64,000 nt of DNA from an uncultured Gemmatimonadaceae bacterium (GTDB taxonomy: Bacteria > Gemmatimonadota > Gemmatimonadetes > Gemmatimonadales > Gemmatimonadaceae): the NCBI GenBank assembly GCA_963843845.1, contig CAWJMB010000005.1, positions 92,160 to 156,159 on the forward strand, read 5' to 3'. The translations under genes were made by a program, and so were the position numbers. Positions within the stretch are counted from its first letter, which is position 1. Each line of letters opens with the position of its first letter. The notes under the pieces were generated by a model. The model was given only the letters and a program-made list of their open reading frames with translations. It was not told where the DNA came from and ran no database searches. Below are positions 23,904 to 34,757 of the stretch, one piece after another.

Positions 23904-26843
23904 TCAGAATCCGAAGCGAAGGGTGAGCAGATACGTGCGCGGAGCCGAATCGGTCGCGTAGTTGTAGCCGCCGACCGCCGCGGCCCCCTGCTCGCCCGCC
24001 GACGACAGGTCGGTCTCGGGATCCCAGTGCGACGAGGCCCAGCGATAGGGATTCGTCACCGAGAACGAGACGCGGGCGTCCGTGGCGAGGCCGGGGAGCA
24101 AGCGCGCGCTCGGCTTGTAGTCGACCGTGACCGTGCGGAACGACACGTAGTCGGTGTTCTCCACCCAGCGGTTCATCACCTGCTGCCAGATCGCCGCGCG
24201 CGTTCCGTACTGGGTGAGCGCCGCGGCAGGAACGTAGTCCTCCGTCCGGTTCACGCCGTACAGGTACCGGAACGCGCGGTCGAACGACTGCTGCTGCGCC
24301 CCGAACTGGTAGTCCGCGCTCGTGCTCAGCGTGAGCCGGGAGCCGAGGCCGAGCTGGGCGCCGAAGCTGCCGAACGAGTCGGGCGTCGGCTTGCCGAGGT
24401 ACTGCAACTGCTCGACGCGAACGATCTTCCCGCTCTCGTCGAAGATCGCCTTCGCGCCGCGGAGGTAGCCCACCGGATACCCCTCCTCGACGATCCCCTG
24501 CACGGTGCTCGCGCCGAAGCCGCTGATCCCGAACGGCGGCGTGCCGTTGAGATTCACGACGCGGTTGTTCAGCGTGTTGTACGCGCCGTTGAGCGTGAGG
24601 CGCACGCTCGGGCGGCTGATCGGGGTGACGGTGCCGCGCAGCTCGAGCCCGTTGTTGGAGATCTCACCGATGTTCCGCAGCTGGCTCGGCAGCCCGGTCG
24701 ACGGCGCGGGTGGGGCGTTGATGAGTGCGTCCGTCGTGCGCGACGTGTAGTAGCCGAGGCCCAACGACACGACGTTCCTGAAGAGGCCGACGTCGGCGCC
24801 GAACTCGAGCGTCCCCGTGCGCTCGGGCCTGAGGTCGAGGTTCCCGGGCTGCCCGAACGTCGCGGCCTGCTGTCCGTTGAACGAGTTGAACCCGATCGTG
24901 CGGTCGTTCGCGAACGGCGGCGGGAACTGGCCGGCCACGCCGAACGCGGCGCGGAGCCGCAGGTCCGAGAGCACCGCCTCGGACACGCGCGACCGCAGCC
25001 ACGGCTCGTCGCCGACCGCGTACACGAGGCCGACCTTCGGGTAGAGCTGCGCACCGGTGTTCTCGCCGAACGCGGTGTTCCGGTCGACGCGCAGCCCGAG
25101 CTCCATCGTGTAACGCTCGAGCAGGCTGATGTTCGTCTGCCCGAACACGCCGTAGTTCGCGACGCGGTAGGCGAGGTCGCTGCTCGCCGTGACGCCGGCG
25201 CCGGCGATCGTCTGCGCGCCGTCGCGCACGTTGGTCGCCGTGTACGCCACCTGCTGATCGTCGTTGCGGAACAGCTGCCCGCCCGCCGCAGTGATGATCG
25301 ACAGGCTGCTGCCGATGTTGGCCGTGTGCTGCAGGCCGGCGTTGAACGTGAAGCCGGTGAAGTTGCGCTCGTAGTTCGAGATCGTGCCGCGGTCGACGGT
25401 GCCCGCCGGGAACGACTTCGTGGCGATCAGGAACTGATTCGTGACGATCGCCGACTCCTTGCTGAACCGGTTGTTCACGCCGAACGTCGCGTTCGCCTTG
25501 AGCGACGGCAGCGGGTCGTACGACATCGTGTGCGACGTCGTCCAGGCGCGCGTGAACACCGTGTTGTTCTGCAGCCGCTCGGCGTCCTGGATGAACGTCT
25601 TCAGCACGGCGTAGTCGGCCGTGCTGATCGAGTCGATGTTGTTGTTGAAGCCGAGCGCCGAGGAGCGGCCGTCCTCGAGCAGCCAGAGCGCGTTGTAGCC
25701 ACCCGAGTTGCCGTTCCGGAAGCGCGGCGCGTCGCTCTGGTTGAACGAGATCGTTCCCTGGTACTTCGCCTTCCGGCCGAGCGCCGCGCTGACCGCGTTG
25801 CGAAGGCCGAACTGCCGGTTGTCGCCGTAGATGCGCTGACTCTCGCTCGCCCGCAGGTTGCCGGAGGCGCTGTAGGTGATCGTCTCGCTCCCGCCGTCGA
25901 TCCCCCCCGAGTACCCCTGCGTGAAGCCGTTGCGGTAGATGAGGTCCGACGTGCGGTCGAAGTAGAGGAACTGCGTCTGCGGCGTGTCGTAGCCGAGGCG
26001 CGCCTCGATGTAGCCTTTCGGCTTGCCGGCCGAGCCGCGCTTCGTGAAGATCTGGATGACGCCGTTCGCCGCGTCCGAGCCGTACAGCGTGGTGGCGGCG
26101 CCGCCGGGCACGAACTCGACCCGGTCGATGTTGTCGAGCGGCAGGTCGGCCAGCGCGCTCGTCGCGGCGCCCTGCGACCGCACGCCCGAGAGGTTCAGTC
26201 CGAGCGTGGCGACGGTGTTCAGGTTGTCGACGCGAACGCCGTCGACGTAGATGACCGGCGTCGAGTTGTTCGTCACCGACGTCACGCCGCGCGTGCGGAT
26301 GATCGACGTCGTGCCGGCCTGGCCGGACGTGAGGCGGATCTGCGCGCCCGGCACCTTGGCCTGCAGCAGCTCGTCGATGCGCTTCGCCGGCGACGCCTCG
26401 ATCGCCTCGGGGCCGACGACGTCGACCTGCGTCGCGAGGCGGCGCTTCGAGATCTCACCGCCCTGCCCGGTCGACACGACCGCGTCGAGCTGGAGCGGCT
26501 GCGCGGTGAGCTGGAAGTCGAGGGTCGCCGGCGCGCCCACGCTCACCGTCACCGGGCCCGACTTGCTCGCGAAGCCGACGAGCCGGACGGTGATCGTGCG
26601 CGCGCCCGGCGCGAGGCCGGCGAGCCGATAGCGTCCGTCGGCATCGGAGCGCGCGACGCGCTCGCGGTCGTTCTCCGCGAAGATCTGCGCATACGAGAGC
26701 GGCTTGCCGGTGCCCGCGTCGGTGACGCGGCCGGTGACGACGCCGGTGGTCTGCGCAGTCGTCTGCGCGCGCGCCAGCGCCGGCGCGGACGCGCACAGCG
26801 GTGCGAGCCCGAGCAGCGTGACCCATCGAGAGCGGAGTAGCAT
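23904..26843 (-). CDS. SusC/RagA-like TonB-dependent receptor
   Basis: PVIYVDGVR, NIDRVEFVPGGAATTLYGSDAANGVIQIFTK, GNLDLRPE, C-terminal RFGF. Confidence 0.92.
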   Translation of the reverse strand: MLLRSRWVTLLGLAPLCASAPALARAQTTAQTTGVVTGRVTDAGTGKPLSYAQIFAENDRERVARSDADGRYRLAGLAPGARTITVRLVGFASKSGPVTVSVGAPATLDFQLTAQPLQLDAVVSTGQGGEISKRRLATQVDVVGPEAIEASPAKRIDELLQAKVPGAQIRLTSGQAGTTSIIRTRGVTSVTNNSTPVIYVDGVRVDNLNTVATLGLNLSGVRSQGAATSALADLPLDNIDRVEFVPGGAATTLYGSDAANGVIQIFTKRGSAGKPKGYIEARLGYDTPQTQFLYFDRTSDLIYRNGFTQGYSGGIDGGSETITYSASGNLRASESQRIYGDNRQFGLRNAVSAALGRKAKYQGTISFNQSDAPRFRNGNSGGYNALWLLEDGRSSALGFNNNIDSISTADYAVLKTFIQDAERLQNNTVFTRAWTTSHTMSYDPLPSLKANATFGVNNRFSKESAIVTNQFLIATKSFPAGTVDRGTISNYERNFTGFTFNAGLQHTANIGSSLSIITAAGGQLFRNDDQQVAYTATNVRDGAQTIAGAGVTASSDLAYRVANYGVFGQTNISLLERYTMELGLRVDRNTAFGENTGAQLYPKVGLVYAVGDEPWLRSRVSEAVLSDLRLRAAFGVAGQFPPPFANDRTIGFNSFNGQQAATFGQPGNLDLRPERTGTLEFGADVGLFRNVVSLGLGYYTSRTTDALINAPPAPSTGLPSQLRNIGEISNNGLELRGTVTPISRPSVRLTLNGAYNTLNNRVVNLNGTPPFGISGFGASTVQGIVEEGYPVGYLRGAKAIFDESGKIVRVEQLQYLGKPTPDSFGSFGAQLGLGSRLTLSTSADYQFGAQQQSFDRAFRYLYGVNRTEDYVPAAALTQYGTRAAIWQQVMNRWVENTDYVSFRTVTVDYKPSARLLPGLATDARVSFSVTNPYRWASSHWDPETDLSSAGEQGAAAVGGYNYATDSAPRTYLLTLRFGF

Positions 26844-26931
26844 CAGTGTTCCTCGGCAGGACGGACGGCGAGGGGAGGGACGCGTCCGCCGGTGGGGAGT
26901 GGATGGACGTGCGGACGTGCGGAGGTGCGGC

Positions 26932-28221
26932 CTAGCGCGAGCCGGTGAGCGACAGGAGGGAGAGCGCGAGCACCTTCGTGGACTGCACCAGGTCGTCGAT
27001 CACGCAATATTCGTCGGGCTGGTGCGCGAGGTCGAGGATGCCCGGACCGTAGGCGACGCAGTGCGGCACGCCGGCGATGCGAGCGACGTGCTTGTGATCG
27101 TACGTGCCAGGACTGGCGGCGAGCGTCACCGGGCGGCCGAGCACGTCGTGCACGGCATCGGAGAGTGCCTCACGACCGGAGCGCCGTCAGGCGTGCGCAC
27201 GGGGTGGACGATCATCAGGTCGCGCAGCTCGTACGCGCAGCTCCGGCGACTCGCGCGCCGCGCCCTCGAGCAGCGCGACGATCTCCGCGCGCGTCGCGTC
27301 GAACCCTTCTTCGAGCAGGAACCGGCGGTCGAAGATGGCGCGGCAGACGTCCGCGACGCACGGCGTCTGGATCCCGTCGACCGGCTGTCCGCCGGCGATG
27401 CCGTTGATGTTGAGCGTCGCGTGCCGCGCGCCCGGCGGAATGACCGGCGCCTGCGGTCGTGCGCGCGGCGAGCGCCGGGAGCAGGCGGTGGCGCATCCGC
27501 TCGAGCACCAGCCCCATGTGGTCGATCGCGTTGACGCCGAGGAACGGCATCCTGCCGTGGGCGATGCGGCCGCGCGTCGTGACCTCGAACCAGTAGACGC
27601 CGCGGTGGCCGATGCAGATCCGGTCGACGTCGGTCGGCTCGGGGATGATGACCGCGTCGGTGCGGTCCGCGCTCATCCGGCCCTGCTGCGCGAGCCACGC
27701 CATGCCGGCGAACCCGCCGCTCTCCTCGTCGACCGTCCCGCTGACTTCGACCGAGCCGTGCAGGGCGATGCCGGCGCGGCGGATCGCCTCCGCCGCGAAG
27801 ATCGCCGCCGCGATCCCGGCCTTCATGTCGCACGACCCGCGCCCGTAGATGCGGCCGTCGCGCACGACGCCGCCGAACGGGTCGACCGTCCAGCCCTCAC
27901 CGGCCGGCACGACGTCGAAGTGGCCGTTCAGGTGGACCAGCGGGCGCAGGCTGCGCCCGCTGCCGCAACCCGACGACGTTCATCCGCGGATGCGGCGCGG
28001 TGTGCTCCGGACGGCCCTCGGCCACCGGATAGTCGACGACGAACCCGAACGATTCGAGCCGCCGCCGATCAGGCGCGGCGCACTCGTCGTACGCGTCGCC
28101 CGGCGGGTTGACCGTCGGGACGCGGATCAGATCGGCGGTGAACGCCACCATCTCGTCGGCGCGCCGCGTCGACCGCCGCGATGACGCGGTCGATCGCGTG
28201 CAGTGATTGTGTCATCGGCAT
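26932..28221 (-). CDS. ArgE/DapE family (M20A) deacylase, multiple frameshifts
   Basis: PTVNPPG, HLNGHFDVVP (manual), YGRGSCDMKAG, TVDEESGG, IIPEPT, SPGTYDHKH, AHQPDE in successive frames. Confidence 0.8.
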
Positions 28222-28312
28222 CGAAACGCATCAGTCGTCGAGAATGTTGGCCGACGTTCCCGACGGCACGACGGCTTGTACGGCCGGCGCACCGACGGTA
28301 AGTCTCTCGCCG

Positions 28313-29750
28313 ATGAACGCTCACCTCATCTGGCTCCTCGGCTACGCCGCGGCGCAGCTCGCCCTCGGCGCGTGGGTGTCGCGCCGGGTCCGGACATCGA
28401 ACGATTTCTTCGTCGCCGGCCGCGCCCTCGGACCGGGGCTGATCTTCTGCACCATGCTCGCCGCGAACATCGGCGCCGGCTCCACGTCGGCGCGACGGGG
28501 CTCGGCTACCGCGACGGGCTCGCCGCGATGTGGTGGGTGCTCTCGGCGGCGCTCGGGTCGCTCGTGCTCGCCTTCTGGATCGGCCCGGCGATCCGGCGCG
28601 TCGCGGCCGAGCACGACCTGCGCACGGTCGGCGACTACCTCGAGTTCCGCTTCGGCGTCGCCGTGCGCACGACGATCGCCGCGCTGCTGTGGGTGGGGCG
28701 GTGTTCATCCTCGCCGGCCAGCTCATCGCCGTGTCGTGGATTCTGAACGTCGCCGCGGGCGTGCCGAAGACGTTGGGCTGCGTCGTCGGCGGGGCTGCTC
28801 GTGACCGTCTACTTCGCGGCCGGCGGGCTGCTCACCTCGGCCTAGGTCAACATCGTGCAGCTCACGGTCAAGCTGCTCGGCTTCGCGATCGCGATGCCGC
28901 TCGCGCTGCGCTGCGGCCGGCGGCTGGGGGGCGCGTGCGCGCGTTCCAGCCGACGCCGGACTACTGGAACCTGTGGCAGGGCGGCGCGTCGGGGCTCGTC
29001 TACCTCGCGATGCTGGGCCCGGCGTTCGTCGTCTCGCCCGGGCTGCTGCAGAAGATCTACGGCGCGCGCGACGACCGCGCGGTGCGCATCGGCGTGGGGC
29101 TCAACGCCGTCGCGCTCATGGCGTACGCGGCCGTGCCCGTGCTGCTGGGGATGATGGCGCGCGTGCAGTTCCCGAACCTCGCGCAGTCCGAGCTGGCGCT
29201 GCCGACGCTGCTCATGTCCGGCGTTCCCGCCGTCGTCGGCGCGCTCGGTCTCGCCGCCGTCTTCTCGGCCGAGCTGAGCTCCGCCGACGCCGTGCTGTTC
29301 TCGCTCACGACGTCGCTCTCGCAGGACTTCTACAAGCGCTTCCGCAATCCGCGGGCGACCGACGCGCAGGTGCTCCGCGTGACACGCGCGACCGCGGTGC
29401 TCGCCGGGATCGCCGGTGTCGGGATCGCGCTCGTCGCCGCCGGCGTCGTGAGCGCGCTCAGCATCTTCTACACGATCATGGGCGTCAGCCTGTTCGTGCC
29501 GATCCTCGCCGGCCTGTACGACGACGGCGCGTCGTCGACCGAGGCGCTCGTCGCGATCATCGCGGGCATCGGCATCGTCGGCGGCTGGCGCGTGCTGTTC
29601 AACGGTGCGCCGCTCGGTGGCGTAACGCCCGCGATGGGCGGACTCGGCGGTGCGATCGTGTCCTTCCTCATCGTCCGCGCCGCGCGGCGCCTCTCGGGCG
29701 CGAGCCGGCCCGAACGACCGCGTTCTTCCCTCACCCACGGAGCGATAGCC
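28313..29750 (+). CDS. Sodium:solute symporter family protein (several frameshifts and an in-frame TAG at 28843; end approximate)
   Basis: DFFVAGRALG, AANIGAGST, RTVGDYLEFRF, AAVFSAELSSAD, LSQDFYKR. Confidence 0.8.
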
Positions 29751-29754
29751 CGTC

Positions 29755-30549
29755 ATGAGCGCCACGAGCAGCCGCAACATCTTCGACCTCACAGGGAAGG
29801 TCGCCGCCGTCATCGGCGGCGCGTCGGGCATCGGCGAGGCCGTGACGATCGGCGCCGCCGAGCTCGGCGCGACGGTCGTCTGTCTCGACGTCAAGGCGGA
29901 GGCGGCGGAAGCGGTCGCGCAGCGCGCCGGCGGCGACACGACGCACGGCGTCGTCGACATCACCGACGCCGAGGCGGTCGAGCGCACGCTGCAGGGGATC
30001 GCCGCGACGCACGGCAAGCTCGACATCGTCATCTCGACGCCGTCGATCAACGTGCGGAAGCGGATGCTCGACTACCAGCCGGGCGAGATCGAGCGCGTGC
30101 TGAACGTGAACATCGTCGGGAACTTCAACGTGCTCCGCGCGGCCGGCCGCATCATGGTCGAGCAGCGCAGCGGCAGCATCGTGCTCTTCTCGTCGATCCG
30201 CTCGCTCGTCGTCGAGCCGGGGCAGGCCGTGTACTCGGCGACGAAGGCGGGCATCCTGCAGCTCGCGCGCGGCGGGGCGACCGAGTTCGGGCCGTTCGGC
30301 GTGCGCGTCAACTGCATCGGCCCGGGCGTCACCGAGACGCCGCTCACGGCGCCGATCAAGGCGAACGCCGACTGGTACAACGCGTACGCTGCGAAGACCG
30401 CGGTGAACCGCTGGGCGTCGCCCGACGAGATGGTCGGGGCGACCCTGTTCCTCGCGTCCGACGCCGCGAGCTACGTCAACGGCACGATCATCTACGTCGA
30501 CGGCGGCTGGCTCGCGCAGGACGGCCGGTTCACGCCGCCCGGCATGTGA
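29755..30549 (+). CDS. SDR family NAD(P)-dependent oxidoreductase
   Basis: GGASGIG, YSATK, VRVNCIGPG, VDGGW. Confidence 0.9.
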   Translation: MSATSSRNIFDLTGKVAAVIGGASGIGEAVTIGAAELGATVVCLDVKAEAAEAVAQRAGGDTTHGVVDITDAEAVERTLQGIAATHGKLDIVISTPSINVRKRMLDYQPGEIERVLNVNIVGNFNVLRAAGRIMVEQRSGSIVLFSSIRSLVVEPGQAVYSATKAGILQLARGGATEFGPFGVRVNCIGPGVTETPLTAPIKANADWYNAYAAKTAVNRWASPDEMVGATLFLASDAASYVNGTIIYVDGGWLAQDGRFTPPGM

Positions 30550-31705
30550 CCGCAGCGCCCCCGGCAGCGCCCCCGGCAGCGACCCCGACTCCCCCCGCGG
30601 CGGCCGTGACGCCGCGCCCGTATCGCATCGCCGTCATCGCGGGCGACGGCATCGGCACGCGAGGTGATCCCGGCCGGGATCGACGTGCTGCGGCATGCGG
30701 CGCGCGGCGAGCCGTGCACGCTCGAGTTCACCGAGTTCCCGTGGGGCTGCGACTACTACCTCCGCACCGGCCAGATGATGAGCGCCGACGCGCTCGATCG
30801 GCTGCAGGACTTCGACGCGATCTACCTCGGCGCGGTCGGCGCACCCGGCGGTGCCCGACCACGTCTCGGTGTGGGAGCTGATCCTGCCGATCCGCCAGCG
30901 CTTCGATCAGTACGTCAACCTGCGGCCGATGCGGCTGCTCCCCGGCGTGCCGCAGCCCGCTCGCCGGACCGCGACGCTCGCCGAGATCGACATGGTCTGC
31001 GTCCGCGAGAACTCGGAAGGAGAGTACTGCGGGGTTCGGCGGGCGCCTCTTCCGCGGCACGCCGCACGAGGTGGCCGAGCAGACCGGGGTGTTCACGCGG
31101 CGCGGCGTGGAGCGGATCGCGCGCTACGCGTTCGAGCTCGCGGCGCGCCGGCCGCGCCGCCTGCTCGCGAGCGCGACGAAGTCGAACGCCCTCCAGCACT
31201 CGATGGTGCTCTGGGACGACGCGGTCGACGCGCGTGGCGCAGGACGTATCCGGCGGTCGAATGCCGGAAGTACCACGTCGATGCGCTCGCTGCGCGGATG
31301 GTCACGCACCCGCACACGCTCGACGTCATCGTCGCGTCCAACCTGTTCGGCGACATCCTCACCGACCTCGGCGCGGCGATCAGCGGCAGCCTCGGCGTCG
31401 CGCCCGGCGCGAACATCAACCCCGAGCGCGATCACCCGTCGATGTTCGAGCCGATCCACGGGTCCGCGCCCGACATCGCGGGACAGGGCATCGCGAACCC
31501 GATCGGCGCGATCTGGGCCGGCGCGCTGATGCTGGATCATCTGGGACTCACCGCCGCGCACGACCGCATCGTCGCCGCCATCATGCGCGTGATGCACGAC
31601 GGCACCGTGCGCACGCCGGACCTCGGCGGCCGCGCGACGACCCGCGATCTCGCCGCCGCCATCGTCGACGCGATCGATCGACCGCAACCGGCAGGACAGC
31701 CATGA
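30546..31705 (+). CDS. Tartrate dehydrogenase / D-malate dehydrogenase (beta-decarboxylating family), multiple frameshifts
   Basis: IAVIAGDGIG, VPDHVSVW, FDQYVNLRP, RENSEGEY, SATKSN, ASNLFGDILTDL, SMFEPIHGSAPDI, TPDLGG. Confidence 0.85.
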
Positions 31706-33069
31706 CCCACGTCGCGACGCGGCGTTCGACACGAGCGCTGCTCACCGCGCTCTCGCTCGTCGGCACCTTCTCGGTCGACCGCGCCGCCGCGCAGCCGGCG
31801 CCCGCGCGGCGAGTCGTGCTCATCTCCGTCGACGGCCTCACGGCGGCGGACCATCTCCGCCCGGACGCCGGCCTCACGATCCCGAACTTGCAGGCGCTGC
31901 AGGGCGCGGGATGCCCGGCGAACGGCATGACGGGGATCTTCCCGACGGTGACGTATCCCAGTCACACGGCGATGATCACCGGCGAACCGTCGTCGGTCCA
32001 CGGCATCTACACGAACACGCCGCTCGATCCGTTCGGCATCCAGAACGGCGGCTGGTACTACTACGCGGACAGGATCGCGTCGCCGACGCTCTGGCAGGTG
32101 TTGCGCAGGGCCGGGCGCACGACGGCCGCGATCTCGTGGCCGGTCACCGTCGGCGCGGAGATCGACTACCTGCTCCCCGAGTACCGGCCCGTGCGCACGG
32201 CGGAAGACGTGTCGCTGCTGTCCGCGCTCTCGACGCCCGGCCTGTTCCGCGAGTCGATCCGCGTCGACTCGACCGACCGGCCGATGACCGACGCGTGGCG
32301 CATCAAGGCGGCGGTGCACATCCTCGCCACGCGCCGTCCGGCCCTCCTCGCCCTGCACCTCTCCGACCTCGACGCCGCGCAGCACGCGTCGGGGCCGCAC
32401 ACCGCGACGGCACACGCCGCGCTCGAGAAGATCGACCGGCAGATCGGCGAGCTCCGCGCCGCCGTGGCCACGTCGGCCGATGCCGCGAACACGGCATGGG
32501 TGATCGTGTCGGACCACGGCTTCCTGGCGGCGACCACGATCGTGCACCCGATGGTCGCGCTGCGCGACGCCGGGCTCATCACGACCAACGCCGCGGGGCG
32601 CGTGACGGACTGGAAGGTGTTCATGCACAACGAGAGCGGGTCGGCGTTCTTCGAGGCGCGCGACCCGAACGACACGGCGAGCATCGCGCGGGCGACGGCC
32701 GTGCTGCGGCAGCTCGCCGCGTCGCCGGCGAACGGCGTCGCCGCCGTCGACACGCCGGAGGCGCTGAAGGCGCTCCGCGCCGACCCGGCCGCGTTCCTCG
32801 CCTTCGAGGCGGCGCGCGGCTTCGCGTTCGGCGATGCGCTCACCGGTCCCCTGGCCGTCGCGTCACCGACGGTGGGGAAGCACGGCTACAACCCGAACAT
32901 CCCCGAGCTGCGGCCGGCGATGATCGTCTCCGGCGCGGGCGTCCACGCGTGCCGGACGCCGCGCGACGGCGTGCGCATCGTCGACGTGGGCCCGACCGTG
33001 GCCGCGCTCCTCGGCGTGTCGATGACGGGGGTGACGGGGCGCGACGTCAACACGCCGTCACCGCGCTGA
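31702..33069 (+). CDS. Ectonucleotide pyrophosphatase/phosphodiesterase (alkaline phosphatase superfamily), secreted
   Basis: LISVDGL, FPTVTYPSH, D...H..G, IVSDHGF, GKHGY, VDVGPT. Confidence 0.88.
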   Translation: MTHVATRRSTRALLTALSLVGTFSVDRAAAQPAPARRVVLISVDGLTAADHLRPDAGLTIPNLQALQGAGCPANGMTGIFPTVTYPSHTAMITGEPSSVHGIYTNTPLDPFGIQNGGWYYYADRIASPTLWQVLRRAGRTTAAISWPVTVGAEIDYLLPEYRPVRTAEDVSLLSALSTPGLFRESIRVDSTDRPMTDAWRIKAAVHILATRRPALLALHLSDLDAAQHASGPHTATAHAALEKIDRQIGELRAAVATSADAANTAWVIVSDHGFLAATTIVHPMVALRDAGLITTNAAGRVTDWKVFMHNESGSAFFEARDPNDTASIARATAVLRQLAASPANGVAAVDTPEALKALRADPAAFLAFEAARGFAFGDALTGPLAVASPTVGKHGYNPNIPELRPAMIVSGAGVHACRTPRDGVRIVDVGPTVAALLGVSMTGVTGRDVNTPSPR

Positions 33070-33070
33070 G

Positions 33071-34360
33071 TCACCCGATCGCGGCTGCGTGCTTCGCCGC
33101 GTCGAACGCGCCCTCGTTCCGCGCGATCACCACCGTCGCCACGGCGTTCCCGATCAGGTTCGTGATCGCCCGCGCCTCGCTCATGAACCGGTCGACGCCC
33201 AACACCAGCGCGATCCCCTCGACCGGCACCACGCGCATCGCCGCCAGCGTGCTCGCGAGCACGATGAACCCCGACCCCGTCACGCCGGCGGCTCCCTTCG
33301 ACGTCACCATCAGCACCGCGAGCACCGTGAGCTGCTGCGCGAGCGACAGCTCGATGCGGTACGCCTGCGCGATGAACAGCGTCGCCATCGCGAGGTAGAT
33401 CGACGTGCCGTCGAGGTTGAAGGAGTAGCCGGCCGGCACCACCAGACCGACGACGCTCCGGTCGCAGCCGTACGCTTCGAGCTTCGCGATCAGACTCGGC
33501 AGCGCGGCCTCGCTCGACGAGGTGCCCAACACGAGCAGGATCTCCTGGCGGATCCAGCGCAGCAGGTGCCACAGCGAGAATCCCGAGGCGCGCGCGATGC
33601 CGCCGAGCACGACGAAGATGAAGACGGCCATCGTGATGTAGACGTTCGCCATCAGCCCGCCCAACGGCAGCAGCGCGCGCAGCCCGAAGTTGCCGATCGT
33701 GTACGCCATCGCGCCGAACGCGCCGATCGGCGCGACCTTCATCACGATGCCGACGAGGCGGAACACCACGGCCTGCAACCGCTCGAGCCCGTTGAACACC
33801 GGCCGCCCCGCCTCGCCGAGGCTCGCGAGCGCGGCGCCGAACAGGACCGACACGAACACGATCTGCAACACCTCGCCGTTCGCGAACGCCCCGACGATGC
33901 TCGGCGGCACGATGTGCGTCAGGAAGTCGACGAAGTTCATCGCCTCGCCGGCGGTCGCGTACTTCGAGATGTCGCCTTTCGCGAGCGACGCGGCGTCGAT
34001 CCCTTCGCCCGGACGCATGACGTTCATGACGACGAGGCCGATCGCGATCGCGAACGTCGTCACGACCTCGAAGTAGAGCAGCGCCTTCCCGCCCACGCGG
34101 CCGACCGCCTTCATGTCGCGCATCCCCGCGATGCCCAACACGATCGTGAGGAAGACGATCGGGCCGATGACCATCTTCACGAGGTTCACGAAGGTGTCGC
34201 CGACCGGCTTCATCGCCTTCCCCGCCCCTGGCGCGACCGCGCCCAACAGCGCGCCGAGCGAGATGGCGACGAGCACCTGGACGGTGAGGTTGTGGTAGAG
34301 CGCGCGGCGCGGGGCGGGGGCGGTCGTGCCGGCAGGTGGGAGCATCGGGGGCATGGGCAT
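33071..34360 (-). CDS. dctA: C4-dicarboxylate transporter (DAACS family)
   Basis: LGTSSSEAALP, GYSFNLDGTSIY, SKGAAGVTG, GVDRFMSEARA..N..GNAVAT. Confidence 0.93.
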   Translation of the reverse strand: MPMPPMLPPAGTTAPAPRRALYHNLTVQVLVAISLGALLGAVAPGAGKAMKPVGDTFVNLVKMVIGPIVFLTIVLGIAGMRDMKAVGRVGGKALLYFEVVTTFAIAIGLVVMNVMRPGEGIDAASLAKGDISKYATAGEAMNFVDFLTHIVPPSIVGAFANGEVLQIVFVSVLFGAALASLGEAGRPVFNGLERLQAVVFRLVGIVMKVAPIGAFGAMAYTIGNFGLRALLPLGGLMANVYITMAVFIFVVLGGIARASGFSLWHLLRWIRQEILLVLGTSSSEAALPSLIAKLEAYGCDRSVVGLVVPAGYSFNLDGTSIYLAMATLFIAQAYRIELSLAQQLTVLAVLMVTSKGAAGVTGSGFIVLASTLAAMRVVPVEGIALVLGVDRFMSEARAITNLIGNAVATVVIARNEGAFDAAKHAAAIG

Positions 34361-34512
34361 GGAAGGGGAGCGACCGCCCTAACTCTATCGCGCGGTGAGC
34401 AGCGCGTCGCCACACCGGCCCAACGTCGCCGGATCGCTCGCCCGCCGGCACACGCCATGCGCACCGGGGCGAGCGCTCCACTCCTCACTCACTCGTTCCA
34501 GGCACACCGCTC

Positions 34513-34746
34513 ATGGCAGACGCAAGCGCGATCCGCGACCACATGGAGGTCATCGGCGCCGACGGCAGTCACATCGGCACGGTCGACCACCTCGACGGCG
34601 ACCGCATCAAGCTCACCAAGAAGGACCGTGGCGCCGGCGACAAGCATCACTGGCTTCCCGTGGCGATGGTCGCCGACGTCGAGGGCGACAAGGTCCGCAT
34701 GTCGTTCAACGGCGAGCTGACGCCCAACTTCTGGGAAGAGCAATAG
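34513..34746 (+). CDS. DUF2171 family small protein
   Basis: IRDHMEVIGADGSHIGTVDHLDGDRIKLTKKD...HH..P...V..V pattern. Confidence 0.85.
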   Translation: MADASAIRDHMEVIGADGSHIGTVDHLDGDRIKLTKKDRGAGDKHHWLPVAMVADVEGDKVRMSFNGELTPNFWEEQ

Positions 34747-34757
34747 GACCGTCGATC

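Noticed and set aside
28843..28845. In-frame TAG in the SSS transporter as possible pyrrolysine or stop read-through
   Set aside because: The position corresponds to a likely Trp (TGG), the gene has other indels, TAG is used as a normal stop elsewhere, and no pyl genes are in the window.
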